64,000 nucleotides of DNA from the NCBI GenBank assembly GCA_963668695.2, contig CAXXLQ010000004.1, positions 768,001 to 832,000 on the forward strand, written 5' to 3'. The translations under genes and the position numbers were made by a program. Origin of the DNA: Vicinamibacteria bacterium. Its GTDB lineage: Bacteria; Acidobacteriota; Vicinamibacteria; Marinacidobacterales; Marinacidobacteraceae. Below are positions 58,889 to 64,000 of the stretch, one piece after another (position 1 is the first letter of the stretch; every line of letters begins with the position of its first letter). The notes beneath the pieces were generated by a model. That model saw only the letters and a list, made by a program, of their open reading frames with translations, had not been told where the DNA came from and searched no databases.

Positions 58889-60277
58889 CTACCGGAGGGC
58901 CGCCAGCACGGTCTCGGCGCTCACTTCACAAACTTCTGGCTGCCGGAAGCGTGGGCCGGCAGGATCCGGGACGAAGCGGACATGGATCACTTCGGCGTCG
59001 CGCGCGCCGGGGAGATGCGCTGTTTCGGGCTTCTCCGCCGGACGCCGGGGCCGCGATTCGGCCGCCCATTTCACCTCACCGACCAGCAGGCGCTTCCCGT
59101 CCACCGAGCGCGCAACGACGTCCACCTCGGGCTCGTTCCGCCGCCAGTAGCGCTGCGCGGGTTCCCAGGGGCCGAGCGCACCGAGCGGTGAATCGGTCCG
59201 GTGGAGCGTGGGAGTCGCCATCCGGCAGAGTTCCTCCCACGCTTGGGATTCGAGACCGGGCCGGGCGCGCTTCCAATAGGCAAGGCGCGTCTCCCGGGGG
59301 GCCGCAGCGAGGACCGCGCGGTGGGGCGCGACAACCCGGAACCAGAGCCGAAGGAACGGATCCTCGATCCGGTAGAGACTGCGCTTTCCGGAACGAGGCG
59401 GACTCCCGAACGGGATCTCCCGGCGGAGAAACCGCATCTCGCACAGGGTCGCGAGCGATCCCGAAAGGCTCGAAGCGGGTTTTCCGAGGCGCCCGGCGAT
59501 TTCGCTGATCCGGTGGGCGCCCGCGCCGATCACGTCCAGCAACGGCCGCAAGGAGGTCGCCGCCGGGGTTTCCTCGCGGAGCAAACGGTCCGGTTCGTCG
59601 TGCAGCGGCCCGGCGGGATCGAGCACCAGGGAATCCACCGCGTCATCGAGATCGATACCGAAGCGCTCCGCGAGTTCCCAGGTACGCGGCGTGCCGCCCC
59701 AGAGCGCGTAGAGGGCCACCTGTTCGGGGGACCTGGACGCTGGGAAGGCGTCGGCGAGATATCCGGGTCGGAGCGGCTGCACCGCGAACGCCTCCACCGC
59801 ACGACCGTAGAGGGGCGCGGCCGCGCCGAGGAGGGCCCCGTGCATCATGCGCCAACTGGAGCCGCTCACGACGAGCGACGGACGCGGACCCGGACGATCG
59901 AGCCAGTTCTGCAACACACTGGCGAACGAAGGATCGGTCGCGAGCAGGTAGGGCAGTTCGTCGAGGATGAAGGGCCCCGGCCAACCCGCCGCGGCCGCTT
60001 CGCCCCGCAGACGATCGAGGAAGGAGCGCCAGTCCGGATACTCGACTGAGGCGAACCCCGGGAACCGCCCCGCGACGGCGGCGGCCAGATACCGGCGCTG
60101 CACCGGCGGCGCCGAGAGGTCGGCCACCGTATAAAGGCCGTCGTGGCGCGATGACCATTCGAGGAGCAGCCGTGATTTCCCGACCCGGCGGCGCCCCCAG
60201 ATGGCCGTGAGGCTTCCCGGATACTGAAGAGCGGCGTCGAGGCGGCCGAGTTCGTCGGTGCGGTTGAGGAAGCGCAT
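58889..60277 (-). CDS. Archaeal-type AAA ATPase with wHTH and PD-(D/E)XK-like C-terminus (COG1672 type)
   Basis: FLNR..EL, GRRRVGKS, LDELPYL, GGTP, DPFLRLWF, EVDVV...GEVKW. Confidence 0.9.
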   Translation of the reverse strand: MRFLNRTDELGRLDAALQYPGSLTAIWGRRRVGKSRLLLEWSSRHDGLYTVADLSAPPVQRRYLAAAVAGRFPGFASVEYPDWRSFLDRLRGEAAAAGWPGPFILDELPYLLATDPSFASVLQNWLDRPGPRPSLVVSGSSWRMMHGALLGAAAPLYGRAVEAFAVQPLRPGYLADAFPASRSPEQVALYALWGGTPRTWELAERFGIDLDDAVDSLVLDPAGPLHDEPDRLLREETPAATSLRPLLDVIGAGAHRISEIAGRLGKPASSLSGSLATLCEMRFLRREIPFGSPPRSGKRSLYRIEDPFLRLWFRVVAPHRAVLAAAPRETRLAYWKRARPGLESQAWEELCRMATPTLHRTDSPLGALGPWEPAQRYWRRNEPEVDVVARSVDGKRLLVGEVKWAAESRPRRPAEKPETAHLPGARDAEVIHVRFVPDPAGPRFRQPEVCEVSAETVLAALR

Positions 60278-60281
60278 ACAG

Positions 60282-60318
60282 GATTATGTGTATTGAGATT
60301 ATATTTATGGACATAATC
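60282..60318. promoter_or_regulatory. AT-rich palindromic operator/promoter directly upstream of the ATPase
   Basis: GATTATGT-N21-ACATAATC; CATAAT lies 5 nt before the ATG. Confidence 0.6.
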
Positions 60319-60614
60319 ATTGCGCCATCGGAATCGCGAGAAGCGGGGCGCTGCGCGGGCGCGCTGCATGGCGCGTTCGGCGGCCTTCGGGGGTGATGCG
60401 GACGGGAGGCCGGCCCGGTTCTCCGGTGGCGGCTCCCCGGGGATCTCTCTGACCTGCGCGCCGTGACATCGGCCGCGCGTTCCCTTCTCCGGCGCCCTCC
60501 GGAACGGGAAATCCGGGATAGGATCGCGCGGCTTTCGCGCCCGTGGCGCCCGAACTTCCAAGCCCCCAGTCCACCCCCCAGGTCCATCCCCCAGGTCTCC
60601 CCCCAGGTCCATCC

Positions 60615-62204
60615 TTGAACCGCTACGACGCCGTCGTCATCGGGGGCGGCCACAACGGCCTGATCGCGGCCGGTTACCTGGCGCGGGCCGGACAGCGGGT
60701 GCTGCTCGTCGAAAAAAACGACCGGGTGGGAGGCGCCACCTTCAGCGAGGAGATCCTGCCGGGGTTCACGGTCTCGGTGTTCTCGTATGTGGTCAGCCTG
60801 CTGCGGCCGCAGATCATCGACGACCTCGACCTCGCGCGGCACGGCCTGCAGTTGCAGGCGCTCGACGGCACCTTCACCCCGCTCCGGGACGGGAGGGCGC
60901 TGACCCGCTGGCACGACCCCGCGAAGACCCGCGAGTCGCTCCTCCAGTTCTCGCGCCGGGACGCCGACAACTACCCGGTCTTCGGCCTCCGGATGCACCA
61001 CCTGAGCCGGGCGATCCGGGACCTGCTCATGATGCGTCCGCCGCGGGTGGGCTCGGTCCGTCCCCGGGAACTGCGCAGTCTGGTCGGGTTGGCCTCGCAC
61101 TTCGCGGGGCTCGGGGACCGGCGCTTGCACGAACTCGCGCGCCTCATGACCGCGAGCGCGAGCGACTACCTCGATCGCTGGTTCGAAACCGATGTCCTCA
61201 AGGCGACCATGTCCGCGAGCGGCATCATCGGAACCTTCCTCGGCATCTCCTCGCCGGGCACGGCCTACGTTCTGCTGCACCACTACATGGGCGAGATCGA
61301 CGGTGCGTCGCGGTCGTGGGGTTTCCAGCGCGGCGGCATGGGCGCGGTCGCGGACGCGCTGGCGAACGCCGCCCGCAGCTTCGGCGCCGAGATCCGCACG
61401 AACGCCGGAGTCCAGCGGATCCTGACCAGCGGCGGACGGGTGGCCGGGGTCGTCCTCGAGGGCGGCGAGGAAGTCTTCGCCGACCAGGTCGGCTCGAGCC
61501 TCGACCCCCACCGCACCTTTTTGCGACTGCTCGACGCCGAGGAACTGCCGGGGGACTTCGTCCGGGACATCCGGCGCTACCGGCTCCGCGGCTCCTCCGG
61601 AAAGGTCAACCTGGCGCTCGACGCGCTCCCGGATTTCACCGCCCTGCCAGGGGTCGGGCCGCACCTTCGGGGCGCGATCTCGATCAGCCCCGACCGGGAG
61701 ACGATGGAACGCGCCTACGACGACGCGAAGTACGGCCGCTTCTCGCGGAGCCCTTACCTGGATGTCCTCATCCCCTCGATGATCGACCCCTCGATGGCGC
61801 CCCCGGGGAAGCACGTCATGTCCATCTTCGTGCAGTACGCGCCGTACCACCTGAACGGCGAGGAGGGAGACTGGGACGCCCAGCGGGACGCCTTCGGCGA
61901 CACGGTGATCCGAACGCTCGCCGAATACGCCCCGAACCTCCCGAACATCATCCTGGAGCGGCAGGTGCTGACCCCGCTGGACATCGAGCGCCGCACCGGG
62001 CTCACCGAAGGCAACATCTTCCAGGGCGAACTCGGGCTCGAACAGCTCTTCTTCCTGCGTCCGGCGGCGGGCTGGGCCCAGTTCCACACCCCGATTCGCG
62101 GTCTCTTCCTCTGCGGCTCCGGCGCCCACCCCGGCGGCGGGGTCATGGGCGCGCCCGGGAAACTCGGCGCCGACGCGATGCTCCAGGCCGCCGGAGTGGT
62201 CTGA
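60615..62204 (+). CDS. Phytoene desaturase-like (PYROXD2-type) FAD oxidoreductase (start may be 60543)
   Basis: GGGHNGL..A.YLA, TAYVLLHH, GGMG, GNIFQGE, CGSGAHPGGGV.GAPG. Confidence 0.9.
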   Translation: MNRYDAVVIGGGHNGLIAAGYLARAGQRVLLVEKNDRVGGATFSEEILPGFTVSVFSYVVSLLRPQIIDDLDLARHGLQLQALDGTFTPLRDGRALTRWHDPAKTRESLLQFSRRDADNYPVFGLRMHHLSRAIRDLLMMRPPRVGSVRPRELRSLVGLASHFAGLGDRRLHELARLMTASASDYLDRWFETDVLKATMSASGIIGTFLGISSPGTAYVLLHHYMGEIDGASRSWGFQRGGMGAVADALANAARSFGAEIRTNAGVQRILTSGGRVAGVVLEGGEEVFADQVGSSLDPHRTFLRLLDAEELPGDFVRDIRRYRLRGSSGKVNLALDALPDFTALPGVGPHLRGAISISPDRETMERAYDDAKYGRFSRSPYLDVLIPSMIDPSMAPPGKHVMSIFVQYAPYHLNGEEGDWDAQRDAFGDTVIRTLAEYAPNLPNIILERQVLTPLDIERRTGLTEGNIFQGELGLEQLFFLRPAAGWAQFHTPIRGLFLCGSGAHPGGGVMGAPGKLGADAMLQAAGVV

Positions 62205-62222
62205 TCCGACTGGTCTGATCCG

Positions 62223-63788
62223 ATGCGGGACTCCTACGACGTCTGCGCGATCGGCGGGGGACCGGACGCCCTCGTCGCCGCGGCGTATCTCGCGAGCGCC
62301 GGGCATTCGGTGCTCGCGGTCGGCGAGGCGGGGCGTCCCGGAGGCGTCGCCGCGAACGTCGAGATCGCACCGGGATTTCAGTTCCCGGTGTTTCCGGAGA
62401 CCCTGCCCTCGGTCGACCCCGCGGTGGCCCGGGATCTTGATCTCGAGCGCCACGGGCTGGATCTGGTCGCTCCGGACCCGGTACTGACCGTCTGGGGATG
62501 GGACGGCGGATCTTTCGCGCTCCCCCGGGACCCCGAGCACGCACGGCTCGCGGTGGCCGGGCTTTCCGCGAGCGACGCGGCGCGCTTTCCGGGGTTCGTG
62601 GCCGAGGTGGGCGCGTTCGCCGGCTTCCTCCGGAAGTTGCTGGAGCAGCCACCGCTCCAGCTCGATTCCACGCTTCCCGATGCGATCCCCGCCGCCTTCG
62701 CGGCGCTCGGGCTCGGGGCGAAACGGGTCAATGGGCTCCTGCGCACGCTCCCCATGGCGCTCGCGGATTTCCTCGACGATTGGTTCGAAAGCGGACCACT
62801 CAAGGCGGCGCTCGCCGGCCCGATCCTCACCGGCACCCGTCTCGGCCCGCGGGCTCCCGGGACGGCCGGCCTCTTCCTCCATTTCCACGCGTTCGGGCAT
62901 GAGGAGCCGCTCGCCTGGATCCGTCCGGCCCGCGGCGGCTCGTCGGCGGTCGGCCGGGCGCTGCGGGCGGCGGCACAGGCCGCCGGGGTCCACTTCGAGT
63001 CCGAGTCCGGCGGCGTGCGCCGGATCGCGACCGGTCGGGGGGGCGTCACCGCAGTGGAGCTGACCGACGGCCGGGAAGTGCGGTGCGACATGGTCGTCTC
63101 TGACGCCGCCCCGGGAACCACCCTCCTCGGCTGGGTCGGGGCGCGGAGCCTGGCGCCGGACTTCGCCCACGACGTCTCAAAGATCCGCTACCGGGGAACG
63201 GCGGCGCGCGTCGGGCTCGCGCTGTCCGCGCTTCCCCGTCTCGGAGACGGAGCGACGGCCCCGGAGAACGATCCGCGGATGGGCGGCGTCGTGCAGATCG
63301 GAGCCCGGATGGACGATCTGGAGCGGGCGGCCGACGCCGCGAAGTACGGCGAGGTCGCTTCCGAGCCGCTGGTGTTCGCTTCCTTTCCGTCGGTTCACGA
63401 CCAGGAGCTGACGCCGGGGGGAAGCGCGGTGCTGGCGGCGACCGTCCAGTCGGTTCCTCAGGGCGCGGACGGCGGACGGGTGCTGGAGGCGACCCTCGGG
63501 GCGCTGGAACGCGCTTTCCCGGGCGTGTCGGACCTCGTGACCGCGTCCCGGGTGCTCACTCCCCGGACGCTCGAGCGTGGCTTCGGGCTGATCGAAGGGA
63601 GCTTCCACCAGGGCGAACCCACCCTCGACCAGTTCTACTCGCTCCGCCCGGTCCCGGGCTTTGCCCGGCACCGGATGCCGATCGCCGGGCTCTACCTCGC
63701 CGGGCCGGGGACATACCCTTATGGTGGACTGCACGGTGTCTCCGGGCGAAATGCCGCCCGCGCCATGCAGCAAGACCTCTCCAGCTAG
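62223..63788 (+). CDS. Second, more divergent phytoene desaturase-like oxidoreductase
   Basis: GGGPDAL..AAYLA, GSFHQGE, LAGPGTYPYGG..G.SG. Confidence 0.88.
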   Translation: MRDSYDVCAIGGGPDALVAAAYLASAGHSVLAVGEAGRPGGVAANVEIAPGFQFPVFPETLPSVDPAVARDLDLERHGLDLVAPDPVLTVWGWDGGSFALPRDPEHARLAVAGLSASDAARFPGFVAEVGAFAGFLRKLLEQPPLQLDSTLPDAIPAAFAALGLGAKRVNGLLRTLPMALADFLDDWFESGPLKAALAGPILTGTRLGPRAPGTAGLFLHFHAFGHEEPLAWIRPARGGSSAVGRALRAAAQAAGVHFESESGGVRRIATGRGGVTAVELTDGREVRCDMVVSDAAPGTTLLGWVGARSLAPDFAHDVSKIRYRGTAARVGLALSALPRLGDGATAPENDPRMGGVVQIGARMDDLERAADAAKYGEVASEPLVFASFPSVHDQELTPGGSAVLAATVQSVPQGADGGRVLEATLGALERAFPGVSDLVTASRVLTPRTLERGFGLIEGSFHQGEPTLDQFYSLRPVPGFARHRMPIAGLYLAGPGTYPYGGLHGVSGRNAARAMQQDLSS

Positions 63789-63807
63789 GGGTCGCAGGGG
63801 ATAACAA

Positions 63808-64000
63808 ATGCGCCGCTTCAAACCCGGACCGGGCTTCCTGGTCGCCGCCGCCTTCATCGGGCCGGGAACGGTCGTGACGGCCAGCCGCGCAGGCGCCGGC
63901 TACGGAATGACCCTCCTCTGGGCGGTGCTGTTTTCGGTGATCGCCACGGCGGTCCTCCAGACCATGGCGGCGCGGGTCGGTCTCGCCAGCCGGCGCGGCC
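63808..64000 (+). CDS. Nramp/MntH-related divalent metal transporter (partial)
   Basis: GPGFLVAAAFIGPGTV.TAS.AGA.YG..LLW. Confidence 0.85.
   Translation, partial: MRRFKPGPGFLVAAAFIGPGTVVTASRAGAGYGMTLLWAVLFSVIATAVLQTMAARVGLASRRG

Noticed and set aside
59643-63170. 1175-aa minus-strand ORF, and similar long antisense ORFs (12291-14372, 16908-19046, 27180-29099, 52412-53998)
   Set aside because: They are antisense to well-supported genes; long stop-free shadows are expected in high-GC DNA and show no domain motifs.
60615-63788. Carotenoid biosynthesis (crtI) assignment
   Set aside because: No crtB/crtE nearby, and the motifs (GGGHNGL, TAYVLLHH, GNIFQGE) fit the PYROXD2-like branch.

Overview
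High-GC bacterial chromosome segment, very likely from an Acidobacteriota genome: the 16S 5' end carries the acidobacterial signature GATCCTGGCTCAGAATC, and the Oar-type TonB receptors, VPS10/BNR hydrolase and cytochrome c/quinoprotein cluster fit this. It opens with an rrn operon on the minus strand (16S, tRNA-Ile, tRNA-Ala, partial 23S). Core genes include purM-purN-tyrS, argG-argH, tadA-tRNA-Ser, a SNF2/SWIM-like pair and solA, and there are many transport and catabolic genes. These are interleaved with REP/BIME-like repeats, a TTAA-flanked MITE family, IS110/IS1182/IS6/IS3 elements or remnants, a decayed island at tRNA-Ser, a 2-kb cassette inserted in the 3' end of a Rieske oxygenase gene, several toxin-antitoxin pairs and AAA-ATPase/nuclease genes or remnants. 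The best leads are: (1) an unannotated two-gene module with a putative R-S-H ADP-ribosyltransferase-like toxin (56169-57180); (2) an integrase-less defence cassette flanked by a synonymously recoded duplicate of the Rieske gene 3' end; (3) a covarying structured 5' leader that sequesters the ribosome-binding site of both TonB receptor paralogues; (4) palindromic operators tied to AAA-ATPase/nuclease genes, including an orphan copy; (5) an IS110 element apparently inserted into a long-form REP. All family calls rest on recognising motifs by eye; no searches were run.
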